Below, piece by piece: positions 9,528-19,898 of a stretch of 64,000 nucleotides of DNA. The position numbers were made by a program, and so were the translations under genes. Under the pieces are notes generated by a model. That model worked only from the letters and a program-made list of their open reading frames with translations. It was not told where the DNA came from and did not search any database. Where the stretch lies: contig JBDRNF010000055.1 of the NCBI GenBank assembly GCA_043811435.1, positions 14,196 to 78,195 on the forward strand. The letters are read 5' to 3'. Source of the stretch: Pseudomonadota bacterium (GTDB taxonomy: Bacteria > Pseudomonadota > Alphaproteobacteria > Rhizobiales > Xanthobacteraceae). The stretch's first letter is position 1; every line of letters begins with the position of its first letter.

Positions 9528-9607
9528 AGAGCGGGCGGTGAACTCGTCCTATCCTTTTGCTTTAGTTACAGACGGGGCTGTCGCCATGAAATCAATGGAG
9601 TGCTCCA

Positions 9608-9952
9608 ATGGAGACACAGATAGCAGCATTCGATCCGGTCAGCTGGCACACCGTAATCCTCGGCGGGACGCCAATCTCGGCCATTTATCGAGGCCGTGCC
9701 TATTACTTCGAAAACCGTGGGAACCGGGATGCGTTCAAAGCCAACCCGGGTAAGTACCTCGCCGGATCGCCCATGGCTGCCTGCCCAATCGGGACGCAGG
9801 ACGCTCCGGACCCGCCACGGCGTCGGAAATATCCTGAACCGCAGCTGAGTGGACTATTTCATGATCGATCGCTCGCAGCCGGTATGGACCGGTTTGCCGT
9901 CTTGTCCGATGATGAAAGCGTATCACCCCACCGCAGGAAGGGCCGCATATAG
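9608..9952 (+). CDS. YHS-domain-like small protein (C-terminus possibly read-through or decayed)
   Basis: DPVS...SAIYRGRAYYFE...RDAFKANPGKYL matches the YHS pattern. Confidence 0.6.
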   Translation: METQIAAFDPVSWHTVILGGTPISAIYRGRAYYFENRGNRDAFKANPGKYLAGSPMAACPIGTQDAPDPPRRRKYPEPQLSGLFHDRSLAAGMDRFAVLSDDESVSPHRRKGRI

Positions 9953-10160
9953 GACGGAAGCGCCTCGACATTGGCGCGAACCTTCTTCACGCCCGAGACG
10001 TTTTCCACTGCAACCGTTACTGCCGCCCGTTCATTCGCCGTTACGACGACGCTCCAAACGTGGACCACGCCACCGCCCACAGGTTTGCCGTCTCGGACCA
10101 TCGGCACCCGCTTGATGCCGATCCGCGGAGCAGCCTCGAGACGTTCCACGCGGTCGAAAC
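9859..10160 (-). pseudogene. remnant of a CBS + BON domain protein
   Basis: IKRVPMVRDGKPVG (CBS end) joined to GVVHVWSVV...ERAAVTVAVENVSGVKKV (BON); intervening and N-terminal parts are missing; boundaries approximate. Confidence 0.6.
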
Positions 10161-10550
10161 CCGGCTGACGCAGCGGGAGCTCATATAGCTCGCGTGGCGT
10201 CCAGATCCAGTAATGCCTCCAAGGAGCCAAGAGATAAGCGTCTCACACGACATCCCGCATACCTGGTTGCTGCGTCCTGGGATTTTCGTTGATCGCGCCG
10301 CAGGCTCGCCATCACGCATGGCGGGGCGTCGAGCGCAAGCGACGCCATGCGCAGGCGCGATTGAGCGTGGATCAGGGCAGATTAACAATGCGGGAGAGGT
10401 GACACCGCCTTTGTGGCGAGACGCCGGCGTCGAACCTCGCACCTTCGCCGCCCCTCGCCCATGCCTTGGACTGGAGGCCTGTCGGCCTGGATCTACCAGG
10501 CGACAAGCGACTGCAATCATATACGATAACAAGCTCAAAGTGGCATATTT

Positions 10551-10564
10551 TTGATCCAGGTCAA
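10551..10564. promoter_or_regulatory. near-canonical FNR/FixK box
   Basis: TTGAT-ccag-GTCAA. Confidence 0.8.
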
Positions 10565-10600
10565 AGCGGTCCTATTTAGATTAGCGATCATTGATGTTTA

Positions 10601-11215
10601 GTGGAGCTACAGGTGAATCGAACATTAAAGTACCTGGTCTTCAGATTGCTCAATGAGCATCGCATGATGACCATCGCCACCAATCGCCCGGACGGATGGC
10701 CGCAGGCGACGACGGTGGGTTATGTCAATGACGGGTTCCTGCTTTACTGCTTCGTTGCCCGGAACGCGCAGAAATACGCCAATATCCTACGCGACCCGCG
10801 GGTCTCGATCGCAATCGGCAGCGATGCCACCCGGCCGCGCGACATCAAAGGCCTTTCGTTGGCCGGAAGGGCGGACTCAGTCACCGATCGGAGCGAATTC
10901 GATTACATCTCTGCATTGCGCCTCAAGCGCTATCCGGAGTACGCGGCCTTGCCGGTGCCGGATGCAGATAATCCTGCGGCACTGCGGATGGCGTCGACGC
11001 CGGTGCCGGACCGCGTGGCTTTGCTGCGCATCGCGCCCGAAATCATCTCCGTTCTGGATTATTCGAAAGGGTTCGGTCACAGTGACCTGATCGCTTTTTC
11101 CGAGCGCGACCTCGATCTGCACCTCGAAAGTCTCCGCCATCAGTGGGCGGGCGGTCGCATGCCCGAGAGTTCCGTTTCCGAGGGGCGGCCGAAATCGGAG
11201 TATTCATCGGAATAA
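10601..11215 (+). CDS. pyridoxamine 5'-phosphate oxidase family (FMN split-barrel) protein
   Basis: MTIATNRPDGWPQATTVGY, QKYANILRDPRVSIAI, SVLDYSKGFGH. Confidence 0.88.
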   Translation: MELQVNRTLKYLVFRLLNEHRMMTIATNRPDGWPQATTVGYVNDGFLLYCFVARNAQKYANILRDPRVSIAIGSDATRPRDIKGLSLAGRADSVTDRSEFDYISALRLKRYPEYAALPVPDADNPAALRMASTPVPDRVALLRIAPEIISVLDYSKGFGHSDLIAFSERDLDLHLESLRHQWAGGRMPESSVSEGRPKSEYSSE

Positions 11216-11322
11216 GCCGCGCGAGCGCGGGGCGGCGGATCTTCGACTTCGTCTGCAGCATTAGCACGAGATTGGTCTGTCTCAAGGGATTGCCGCCCGA
11301 TGGGATTGTGGCGCGGGCTTCA

Positions 11323-11361
11323 TGATCGCGGGGCGGCCCCGTCGTACGAGCCGCGCGATCA
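11323..11361. terminator. possible hairpin terminator between convergent genes
   Basis: tgatcgcg-g-ggc ... gcc-g-cgcgatca inverted repeat; no clear U-tract. Confidence 0.35.
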
Positions 11362-11382
11362 ACCAGCGCGCGGCTAACGCAA

Positions 11383-13089
11383 TCATGCTTGCCGCGCTGC
11401 TTCGCAGCCGGCCGGCGTAAGGCCCCGCCGAGAGCGGTGCCGGGCCAACGTCAACGGCGTGCGCGATTTCGGGATCTTGTGGATGAAGTTGTAGCGCGCG
11501 ACGTGATAGCTTGGATCAAAACCATAGAAATTCAGCCGCATACGGGCAAGCTCCCCGGTGCGATAGGCATCGAGTGGTTTTTCTGCCTCGTCGGCTTCGC
11601 GCCGCCGGCGCTTGTCGGCGAGCCGCGCATCGAGCGCCGCGTCCATCGCGAGCGTGCGGGCAATCTGCGCGATTGCGGTTGGATCTTCACGCGACGAGGA
11701 CGGCAGGATGCGGTCGATGAGCCCGAGCCGGCGCGCATCGGCGACACCCATCGGCAGCCGGGCCTGGGTGACGCCGCGCGCGTTCTCGGAGCCGGCGCGA
11801 CGCGGGAGCAGATAGGTCCAGTACTCAGAGCCGAAGAGATTGCCCATATCCTTGTAGTGCGGATTGAGCACCACGCCTTCGCACGCCCAGACCTCGTCGG
11901 CGGCCAGCGCGAGGAACACGCCACCCGCGCCCGCACTGCCGCGCAGCACGGAAATCACGAGCCGATCGGTCGTCGTGATGATGTCGCGGGTGAGATCATC
12001 GATCGCATTGATATTGCGCCAGGACTCATCAGCTGGGCTGTCGGCCGCCTCGATCAGGCCGAGGTGAATGCCGTTGGACCAGTAATCCGGCCCGCCCATG
12101 AGCACCAGAACGCGGGTTGGCCGCGCAAGCGCCTGCGCGTAGGCTCTACGCAGCGCCTCGCACTGCGCGGTGCTCATCGCCCCGTTGTAGAAGGCGAAAT
12201 GCAAAAACCCGACCGGCCCGTCCTCCTCGTAGCGGATCGGGGCGTAACCGCCGGCCACGGGCAGAGCCGCACATTCGACGGCAAAGACGTGCGTCGCCGG
12301 CAGCTTCAGGGCCTTGTCGCGCGCCTCCCGCACATGCCCAATCCACACCGCGCCGTCGCGGGTCGCCCGGGCCAGTGCATCGCTGCAGCGTGCGATCACC
12401 GCCCCGGGATCGCCCGCCAGGCCCTCGGCGCGATGCGCGTCGCAGAGCCGAACGGCGCGGCCGAACATCTCATCCCGCACGCCCGGCGCCCCATCGGCAC
12501 TGCGGATCTTGCGCAGCACGACATCAGTCGAATCATTGATCCAGTCGATCGCCCGATCGCTTTGCCGGCACGTCGGGTGCACCCGTCCCCGCACGGTCGC
12601 GTCGGACGGATCAGGGCGCTGCGGCACGAACGTTCCGGACCGGATGCGGTCGAGAGCCGCAAGCACCGCTTCGACGGCCGCATCCGTGACCTCGCGGCGG
12701 TAGAGGCTCGATATCGTCGCAGCCCGCGTCGGGAAGGTCGTCGACGCCCACACCGGCCCGGCATCCATCTCCGCCTCGGCCTCGAGCACCGTGACGCCCC
12801 ACTCCTGCTCGCCCTCGAGCACCGCCCAGTCGAGTGCCGAGGGGCCGCGGTCGCCGACGATACCTGGATGCACGATCAGGCATCGCCGGTCCCGCCACAC
12901 GTCCTCCGGGATTGCGCGCTTCAGGAACGCGGCGAGCACAATATCCGGATTGAACAGCCTGACCGCTTCGCGCGTCACCGCGTCGTTGACGTCGAGCTCG
13001 ACCGAGACCTCGTGGCCGCGCTCGCGCAGCTCGACATGCAGCCGCTGCGACAGGCTGTTGAAGCTGTGAATGAGCAGCAGGACACGCAT
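11383..13089 (-). CDS. hoxX: hydrogenase maturation factor HoxX/HypX (formyltransferase + enoyl-CoA hydratase-like domains)
   Basis: FNSLSQRL, HPGIVGDRGPSALDW, FYNGAMST, WSNGIHL, NPHYKDMGNLFGSEYWTYLLP. Confidence 0.95.
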   Translation of the reverse strand: MRVLLLIHSFNSLSQRLHVELRERGHEVSVELDVNDAVTREAVRLFNPDIVLAAFLKRAIPEDVWRDRRCLIVHPGIVGDRGPSALDWAVLEGEQEWGVTVLEAEAEMDAGPVWASTTFPTRAATISSLYRREVTDAAVEAVLAALDRIRSGTFVPQRPDPSDATVRGRVHPTCRQSDRAIDWINDSTDVVLRKIRSADGAPGVRDEMFGRAVRLCDAHRAEGLAGDPGAVIARCSDALARATRDGAVWIGHVREARDKALKLPATHVFAVECAALPVAGGYAPIRYEEDGPVGFLHFAFYNGAMSTAQCEALRRAYAQALARPTRVLVLMGGPDYWSNGIHLGLIEAADSPADESWRNINAIDDLTRDIITTTDRLVISVLRGSAGAGGVFLALAADEVWACEGVVLNPHYKDMGNLFGSEYWTYLLPRRAGSENARGVTQARLPMGVADARRLGLIDRILPSSSREDPTAIAQIARTLAMDAALDARLADKRRRREADEAEKPLDAYRTGELARMRLNFYGFDPSYHVARYNFIHKIPKSRTPLTLARHRSRRGLTPAGCEAARQA

Positions 13090-13095
13090 GCCCCC

Positions 13096-14142
13096 TCAAC
13101 AAATCCGAGGCAATTGTTCGCCGGACAGCCAGTCGACAATCCGGCCGCCGCCGAACGCCGTCGTCATCTGCACGAAACGATGAACGTCGGCGACCACTTC
13201 GCCGACCATGGCGGCATCACGGCCGAGCGGATGCGCGCGCATGGCCGCGAGCGCCGCGTCGGCGGCCTCCGCCGCGACGATGGCGAGGAGCTTGCCTTCG
13301 TTGGCCACATAAAGCGGATCGAGGCCGAGAAGCTCGCAGGCGGCGGCGACCTCCGGCTTCACCGGCAGTGCGTCCTCGTCGATGCGAAAGCCGATCTTCG
13401 ACTGCTGCGCCAGCTCGTTGAGTGTGGCGGCGAGCCCGCCGCGTGTCGGATCACGCATGACGCGCAGACCAGGTCCGGCTACGGCCACGATCGCCGCGAC
13501 CAGGCCGTGGAGGGCCGCCGAGTCCGACACGATCGCAGTGTCGAAGGTGAGGTTCTGTCGCTTCGACATGACTGCAACGCCGTGATCTCCGAGCGTTCCC
13601 GAGACGATCACACGGTCGCCCGGTCGTGCTTTCTCGGCCGACAGATCGAGGCCGGCCGGCACGACGCCGATGCCGGTCGTGGAGATGAATACGCCATCTG
13701 CTTTGCCGCGCTCCACCACTTTCGTGTCGCCGGTAACCACCGGGACGCCGGCCGCGCGCGCGGCCTCGCCCATGCTGTCGGCGATGCGCTTCAAATCGGC
13801 AAACGCGAAGCCCTCTTCGATGATGAAGCTTGCGGACAGATAGAGCGGCCGCGCGCCGGCCATGGCGATATCGTTGATGGTGCCATGCACAGCGAGCGAG
13901 CCGATATCGCCGCCCGGGAAAAACAGCGGCGAGATCACGTAGCCGTCGGTCGTCATCACCATGCGGCCGGCTTCGACGTCAAACGCGGCCTGGTCGTTGC
14001 CGCGCCGCAGCCACTCGTTGTCGAGCGACTCGTGGAAGATGTCGGCAATCAGTTGCGCCATCGCCCGGCCGCCCGAACCATGCGACAGATCGACCCGGCC
14101 GTTCCTGATGTCGAGCCGGCGGCGATAGCCTTTCGGGCTCAT
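13096..14142 (-). CDS. hypE: hydrogenase maturation protein HypE
   Basis: HGSGG, FFPGGDIGSLAVHGTINDIAM, RDPTRGG, C-terminal LPRIC; start ATG 14142. Confidence 0.96.
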   Translation of the reverse strand: MSPKGYRRRLDIRNGRVDLSHGSGGRAMAQLIADIFHESLDNEWLRRGNDQAAFDVEAGRMVMTTDGYVISPLFFPGGDIGSLAVHGTINDIAMAGARPLYLSASFIIEEGFAFADLKRIADSMGEAARAAGVPVVTGDTKVVERGKADGVFISTTGIGVVPAGLDLSAEKARPGDRVIVSGTLGDHGVAVMSKRQNLTFDTAIVSDSAALHGLVAAIVAVAGPGLRVMRDPTRGGLAATLNELAQQSKIGFRIDEDALPVKPEVAAACELLGLDPLYVANEGKLLAIVAAEAADAALAAMRAHPLGRDAAMVGEVVADVHRFVQMTTAFGGGRIVDWLSGEQLPRIC

Positions 14143-15278
14143 GACGCTCTCCGAGCGTGATCGCGGAAGCGGCCATAGGTCCAGTGCGCGGCGCAGGCGC
14201 CTTCGGCCGAAACCATGCACGAGCCCATCGGCGTGTCCGGCGTGCAGAGGGTTCCGAACAGCTTGCAGTCGACCGGCTTCTTGACGCCGCGCAGGATGGC
14301 GCCGCATTCGCAGGCCGGGTTGTCGCGGGCGGGCACGTAGTCGATGCCGAAGCGGCGCTCGGCGTCGAACGCGGCATAGGCCTCCTTCAAACGTAACCCG
14401 CTATAGGGAACGACGCCGAGGCCGCGCCACTCGAAGCTCTTGCGCAATTCGAAAATCTCGGCGACTTCGGCCTTGGCCCAGGCGTTGCCCTCCGGCGTGA
14501 CGGCGCGCGTATACTGGTTCTCGACCTCGTGGCGACCTTCATTGACCTGGGCGATCAGCATCAGGATTGCCTGCATGACGTCGAGCGGCTCGAAGCCGGC
14601 GACCACGACGGGCTTCTCGAATTCCTCGGCGAAGAAGACATAGGGCTCGGTGCCGATCACGGTCGAGACGTGTGCCGGACCGATGAAGCCGTCGATGCGG
14701 ACGTTGCCGAGGTTGCGCACGTCCGGGCTCTCCAGGATGTTCTGGATCGCCGATGGCGTCAGCACGTGGTTGCAGAAGACGGTGAAATTGGTGAGCCGCT
14801 TCTGTGCGGCAAGCCGGATGGCGAGTGCCGTCGGCGGGGTGGTCGTCTCGAAGCCGATGGCGAAGAACACGACCTGCCGTTCCGGCTCGGCTTCGGCGAT
14901 GCGGATGGCATCGAGCGTCGAATAGACCATGCGGATGTCGGCGCCGGCCGCCTTGGCGCGCAGCAGCGACGTGCCGTGCGACCCGGGGACCCGCATCAAA
15001 TCGCCGTAGGTGCAGAGCGTCACCTCCGGCCGTTCCGCCAACGCGATCGCCGCATCGATGCGGCCGACCGGCAGCACGCAGACCGGGCAACCGGGGCCAT
15101 GGATCATGCGCACATTACCCGGCAGCAGATCCTCGATGCCGTAACGCGAGATCGCATGGGTGTGGCCGCCGCAGAACTCCATGAAGTGGTAGCTGGCGGC
15201 GGGGTCGGCGGCGCGTGCGATCGCGGCTGCCAGTGAGCGCGCGAGACGGCCATCGCGGTATTCATCGACATATTTCAC
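14139..15278 (-). CDS. hypD: hydrogenase maturation protein HypD
   Basis: MEFCGGHTH, GPGCPVC, GFETT, GSCMVSAEGAC; GTG start 15278. Confidence 0.96.
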   Translation of the reverse strand: MKYVDEYRDGRLARSLAAAIARAADPAASYHFMEFCGGHTHAISRYGIEDLLPGNVRMIHGPGCPVCVLPVGRIDAAIALAERPEVTLCTYGDLMRVPGSHGTSLLRAKAAGADIRMVYSTLDAIRIAEAEPERQVVFFAIGFETTTPPTALAIRLAAQKRLTNFTVFCNHVLTPSAIQNILESPDVRNLGNVRIDGFIGPAHVSTVIGTEPYVFFAEEFEKPVVVAGFEPLDVMQAILMLIAQVNEGRHEVENQYTRAVTPEGNAWAKAEVAEIFELRKSFEWRGLGVVPYSGLRLKEAYAAFDAERRFGIDYVPARDNPACECGAILRGVKKPVDCKLFGTLCTPDTPMGSCMVSAEGACAAHWTYGRFRDHARRAS

Positions 15279-15526
15279 GGCGCCGTCTCCGCCTGTGCCG
15301 CAGATTCCACTTCGGCGAGCAGCGCGAGCGTCCGGCATGCCTCCTCTTGATCGATCTTCGTGAGCGCGCAGCCGACGTGAACCACCACGTAGTCGCCGAC
15401 GCCCGCCTCGGGCACGAAAGCGAGATTGATCTCCTTGACGATCCCGCCGAAATCGACCCGTCCGACCCGTGTGATCGGCTCGTCGCCGGAAACGCTCAGA
15501 ACCCGTCCGGGAATCGCTAGACACAT
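15275..15526 (-). CDS. hypC: hydrogenase chaperone HypC
   Basis: MCLAIPG...VDFGG...GDYVVVHVG; ATG 15526. Confidence 0.96.
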   Translation of the reverse strand: MCLAIPGRVLSVSGDEPITRVGRVDFGGIVKEINLAFVPEAGVGDYVVVHVGCALTKIDQEEACRTLALLAEVESAAQAETAP

Positions 15527-17847
15527 GACTTCGCTCTCCGGTGTTCGGTCCAAGCTGCCCACGCGGCTTGGCCAAGCGCAAGGCCGCCGTCGTTGGGCGG
15601 CACACGCTGGTGCCACACAGGCTCGCAGCCGGCGCCTCGCACGGCCGCAACCGCAGCCTCGGTGAGGCGGGCGTTCTGGAAGCAGCCGCCAGTCAGGATC
15701 ACCTGCCGTTCCCGCACACGCGCCGCGACCTCGGCGATGGCGGCGGCAAGGCCGTTGTGGAGCGCTTCCGAGACCGCGCCTCGCGTGGCGCCCGCGGCCA
15801 AATCGGCGAGGGTGGCTTCAAGCGCCGGTTGCCAGTCGACGATATGGCGCACCTCCGTTTCCATCACCCCCCGTACTGGAAACTCATAACGCCGTCCGGT
15901 GACATGACCGTCGGCCGCCCATTCGAGCTCCGCTGCCGCCTGCCCCTCGTAGCTCGCGCGCTGGCGCAGTCCGCAGATCGCTGCGAAGGCATCGAACAGC
16001 CGCCCAGCGCTGGAGGTGAAAGGCGCGTTGAAGCCGCGCGCCAGCATGGTCCGCAGGATCATGCGCTCCCCGGCGGAAAATGCGGCAACTGGCGGAAGGT
16101 CGGTCGTGGCGAATGCATCTTCGCCAAACGCCTCGTGGAGAAGGCCGAGGGCAGCACGACGCGGCTCGCGCGCGGCGGCCTCGCCGCCAGGCAGGCGGAA
16201 CGGGCGCAGATATCCGACACGGCGCCATCCCGATTCGGTCACCAGCAGGAACTCCCCGCCCCAGATCGTGCCGTCCGGCCCATGGCCAGTGCCGTCCCAG
16301 GCGACGCCGAGCACCGGCGGCGTGATCCGATGCTCGGCCATGCAAGCCGCTACGTGAGCGACGTGATGCTGAACGGTGACGACCGGCAGCTCCAACGCCT
16401 CCGCCGCCCGGCTCGAGGCGTAGTCCGGGTGTAGGTCGCGCACCACGAACTGCGGCTCAATAGCGTGCAGCCGCGCCGCATCGTTGATCGCGCGAACGTG
16501 GGCCTCGCGCGCCGCCACCGTCTCGAGGTCGCCGATGTGCTGGCTCAACACTGCGCTCCCTGCGGTCGTGAGCGCGACGGTTGCTTTGAGATGGCCGCCG
16601 ACGGCGAGGATTCCGGAGGGCATTCCCTCCACGGCGATCGGCGCCGGCGCATAGCCCCGCGCCCGCCGCAGCACGAGTTCGCGCCCGCAAACGACCCGTA
16701 CCACGGAATCGTCCACCGGCCGCACGATCGGCCGGTCATGCACCAGAAACAAGTCAGCGACCCCCGCGAGCCGGTCGAGCGCCTCCGTCTCGTCAGTCAC
16801 GATCGGCTCGTCTGTGAGGTTGCCGCTGGTCGCGACGACGGGAAAACCAAGTTCCCGCATCAGCAAGTAATGCACCGGCGCGTACGGCAGCAGCACACCG
16901 AGCCAGGGATTGCCCGGCGCCACGGCCTGCGCCACCGGCCCTCCGCTCCGTCGCAAAAGCACGATCGGGCGCGCTGGGCTGGCGAGCAAAGCCTCTTCGG
17001 CGGGGCCGACGCAGCAGCTCGCCGTGACGTGGGCAAATGACCCAAACATCACCGCAAACGGCTTCTCCTCGCGCCGCTTGCGGGCGCGGAGCCGGCGCAC
17101 CGCGGCCCCGTCTCGGGCGTCGGCGAGGAGATGAAACCCGCCGATGCCCTTCAGCGCGACGATCTGGCCCTGCCGCAGCGCCGCGGCGGCGGCGAGCAGC
17201 GCCTCGTTGTTGCAAGCGAGGGTGTCTCCCCCAGCGTCCCATAACGCAAGGTGCGGCCCGCAAAGGGGGCAGGCGTTGGGCTCGGCATGGAAACGGCGAT
17301 CTCGAGGATCATCGTACTCTGTCTGGCAGGCAGGGCACATCGTGAAGCGCCGTATCGAAGTCCGGGCGCGGTCGTAGGGGATGTCCTCGATGATGCTGTA
17401 ACGCGGGCCGCATTGCGTGCAGTTGATGAAGGGATAGCGGTAGCGGCGGTCGGATGGATTGAACAGCTCGGCGAGGCAATCGGGGCAGGTTGCAATGTCG
17501 GGCGGCACCTGGGCGGTGCGGGTACCGGTGGTCTCGCTGGGCCGGATCGCGAAGATGGCCTCGCCGCACGGTTCGATCTCCCGCATCCCGACTGCGGCGA
17601 CCGTGGCGTTCGCCGGCGGCGATTCCCGGATCGCCTCGACCAGTTCGGCAATACGGGCTGCCTCGCCTTCAGCTTCTACCGTCACGCCCTCGCTCGAGTT
17701 GCCGACCCAACCGGCGAGTCCGAGCGCCGTTGCCCGGCGGTGGACGAAAGGCCGGAAGCCCACGCCCTGCACCGCGCCGCGCACGAGGATGCGCAGCCGC
17801 GTCCGGGCGAGGGCAGTGGGTTCCGGCGGGGGCGCGAGTATGGCCAT
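15517..17847 (-). CDS. hypF: carbamoyltransferase HypF
   Basis: GAVQGVGFRPFV, Zn fingers CPDC / CTQCGPR / CPAC / CPLCGP, KGIGGFHL, QHHVAH, PPNDGGLALGQ. Confidence 0.96.
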   Translation of the reverse strand: MAILAPPPEPTALARTRLRILVRGAVQGVGFRPFVHRRATALGLAGWVGNSSEGVTVEAEGEAARIAELVEAIRESPPANATVAAVGMREIEPCGEAIFAIRPSETTGTRTAQVPPDIATCPDCLAELFNPSDRRYRYPFINCTQCGPRYSIIEDIPYDRARTSIRRFTMCPACQTEYDDPRDRRFHAEPNACPLCGPHLALWDAGGDTLACNNEALLAAAAALRQGQIVALKGIGGFHLLADARDGAAVRRLRARKRREEKPFAVMFGSFAHVTASCCVGPAEEALLASPARPIVLLRRSGGPVAQAVAPGNPWLGVLLPYAPVHYLLMRELGFPVVATSGNLTDEPIVTDETEALDRLAGVADLFLVHDRPIVRPVDDSVVRVVCGRELVLRRARGYAPAPIAVEGMPSGILAVGGHLKATVALTTAGSAVLSQHIGDLETVAAREAHVRAINDAARLHAIEPQFVVRDLHPDYASSRAAEALELPVVTVQHHVAHVAACMAEHRITPPVLGVAWDGTGHGPDGTIWGGEFLLVTESGWRRVGYLRPFRLPGGEAAAREPRRAALGLLHEAFGEDAFATTDLPPVAAFSAGERMILRTMLARGFNAPFTSSAGRLFDAFAAICGLRQRASYEGQAAAELEWAADGHVTGRRYEFPVRGVMETEVRHIVDWQPALEATLADLAAGATRGAVSEALHNGLAAAIAEVAARVRERQVILTGGCFQNARLTEAAVAAVRGAGCEPVWHQRVPPNDGGLALGQAAWAAWTEHRRAKSCV

Positions 17848-17853
17848 CTCTGG

Positions 17854-18117
17854 TCAGGTCTCCACCTTAACGCTTTCCAGCACGATATCTTGGGCGTTGG
17901 CGTGGCGCGCATCCTCGGAGACCGCCACGTCGAGCTGTGCGCCTTCGGCAATTGTGCCAACGGCAGCCTGCTCGAAATGCTCGGCCAGGTGCTCGACCGA
18001 CATGTGGCTTAGCGCGCCGAGCCAGACGGACACGCCGAGGACGCGCCGCGCCCCTTCGGCCTTCGCGATTTCGTCGATGCGGCGCATCAGGTTAGCCATC
18101 AGCGAGGCTTCATGCAT
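17854..18117 (-). CDS. hypA: short HypA/HybF nickel metallochaperone lacking the Zn finger
   Basis: MHEASL N-terminal Ni motif; 87 aa with no CxxC pairs. Confidence 0.85.
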   Translation of the reverse strand: MHEASLMANLMRRIDEIAKAEGARRVLGVSVWLGALSHMSVEHLAEHFEQAAVGTIAEGAQLDVAVSEDARHANAQDIVLESVKVET

Positions 18118-18604
18118 GGCGACTGCTCTCCCGCAATTCTTCGCCGGTGATCTCGGCGCACATGCGTCGAGCGACCTCGGCGACCGCCGTCGCCACCGGC
18201 GGCGACAGCGGCGCGCCGGCCTCGAACGAGGCGCCCTCGATCGCATAGACGACGCAGCGCGGCGGCAGCCGGCCAAGCGCACGGGCGAGCTCGATCGCCT
18301 CGGCGAGGCCGAAGCCGTGCGTCGACACACCAAACGAGCGCTGCGGCAGCGCCGCAGCGCTCACGTCGAACCGTTGCACCGTCCCAGCCGGTGCGTCCGA
18401 GGCGCAGGCATCGACCAGGAAGGCCGCCGCGGCACCCTCGAGCCGGGCAAGCAGGTCCGTCGCCTCGCCGCCATGTTCGGCCACTTCGACGTCGTGCGGC
18501 AACATCCAGCGCAGCAGCCGCGCGACCTTCCTGCCGGCCGCGTCGTCCCCCCGGTCGGGATTGCCGACGCCGAGCACAATGCGATGGGGACAGTCGCTCG
18601 TCAT
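18110..18604 (-). CDS. hydrogenase maturation endopeptidase
   Basis: LGVGNPDRGDDAAG, LVDAC, STHGFGL; ATG 18604. Confidence 0.93.
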   Translation of the reverse strand: MTSDCPHRIVLGVGNPDRGDDAAGRKVARLLRWMLPHDVEVAEHGGEATDLLARLEGAAAAFLVDACASDAPAGTVQRFDVSAAALPQRSFGVSTHGFGLAEAIELARALGRLPPRCVVYAIEGASFEAGAPLSPPVATAVAEVARRMCAEITGEELRESSRHA

Positions 18605-18608
18605 GGCG

Positions 18609-19898
18609 TCACTCGCGGTCCATCTGCAGCCGCAGGAAATGCGCGGAGCAGGAAATGCAGGGATCGTAGTTGCGCACCGTCTGCTCGCAGCGATGGCGCA
18701 GTTGTTCATCGGGCAGATGGAGGAAGCCGCCGATGAAGCTCGTAAGGTCCTCCTCGATGCTCGCCTGGTTCTGCGAGGTGGGCGGTACGATGCGGGCTTC
18801 TGCAATGGTCCCGTCGGCGTTGAGCCGATAGCGGTGATAGAGGAGGCCGCGCGGCGCTTCCGTTGCGGCATAGCCGATGCCGGCGCGCGGCTCGATTGCG
18901 ACGGCCGGCTGGTCCGGCTCTTCGTAAGCGTCGATGATCCTGAGTGCTTCGTCACACGCATACAGTACTTCGACCGCGCGCACCACAATGCTGCGATATG
19001 GATTGCTGCAGGTCGCGCCGAGCCCGGCCTCGCGCGCCGCTTCTTGCGCGAGCGGCGACAGGCGGTCGAAATTCAGGCTGTAGCGGGCGAGCGGTCCGCA
19101 GAGATAGGAGCCACGCCCCCGGATGCGCGCATGCAGCGCCGTCGAGCGCTCGACATGGATTTCCTCGAAATGATCGTCGAAGGCTGCCGGGACGATGTCG
19201 AGCCCGCGGTTCGACACGATGCGGCCCTCGTTGAACGGATATTCGTCGGCGTGCCGCAGGGCGACGAATTCGTAGTCCCGCTCGCGGTCTGGGAAATCGA
19301 GCCCCGCCGCCCAGCGCACGGTCTCGCGCGCCGCCTCGCGCGCCCATTTCAGTTGCTCGGCAAGCGGTGCCAGCTCGCGCCGGCGCGGCGCGCGATAGAA
19401 CCCGCCCACGCGCACGTTGATGGGGTGGATCTCGCGCCCACCGAGCATAGATATGATCTCGTTGCCGGCTTTCTTGAGCGCGAGGCCGCGACGCACCGCA
19501 TCGCCGTGCTCGCGCGCCATGTCGATCGCACCCTGGTAGCCGAGGAAATCCGGCGCGTGCAACATATAGATGTGCAGGGTATGGCTCTCGATCCACTCGC
19601 CGCAATAAATGAGCCGTCGCAGCGCGCGCAATGGCCCGTCAACGGTGACGCCAAGCGCATTCTCCATCGCATGGACCGCGCTCATCTGGTAGGCGACCGG
19701 GCAGATGCCACAGATTCGCGCGGTGATGTCGGGCGCCTCGGTGAAGGCACGGCCGCGCAGGAAGGCCTCGAAGAAGCGCGGCGGCTCGAAGATGCTGAGC
19801 TCAGCGCTTTGCACCGCGCCGTCACGCACTATGACTTTGAGCGCGCCTTCGCCCTCGACCCGGGCGAGATAGTCGACTTTGATGGTCCTAGTCGCCAT
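18609..19898 (-). CDS. hyhL: group 3b [NiFe] hydrogenase large (alpha) subunit
   Basis: [21 protein letters not shown]1 RICGICP, L2 DPCISCSAH with a short cleavable C-terminal extension. Confidence 0.95.
   Translation of the reverse strand: MATRTIKVDYLARVEGEGALKVIVRDGAVQSAELSIFEPPRFFEAFLRGRAFTEAPDITARICGICPVAYQMSAVHAMENALGVTVDGPLRALRRLIYCGEWIESHTLHIYMLHAPDFLGYQGAIDMAREHGDAVRRGLALKKAGNEIISMLGGREIHPINVRVGGFYRAPRRRELAPLAEQLKWAREAARETVRWAAGLDFPDRERDYEFVALRHADEYPFNEGRIVSNRGLDIVPAAFDDHFEEIHVERSTALHARIRGRGSYLCGPLARYSLNFDRLSPLAQEAAREAGLGATCSNPYRSIVVRAVEVLYACDEALRIIDAYEEPDQPAVAIEPRAGIGYAATEAPRGLLYHRYRLNADGTIAEARIVPPTSQNQASIEEDLTSFIGGFLHLPDEQLRHRCEQTVRNYDPCISCSAHFLRLQMDRE

Noticed and set aside
11389-14160. 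923-aa plus-strand ORF
   Set aside because: Antisense shadow of the in-frame hoxX and hypE genes.
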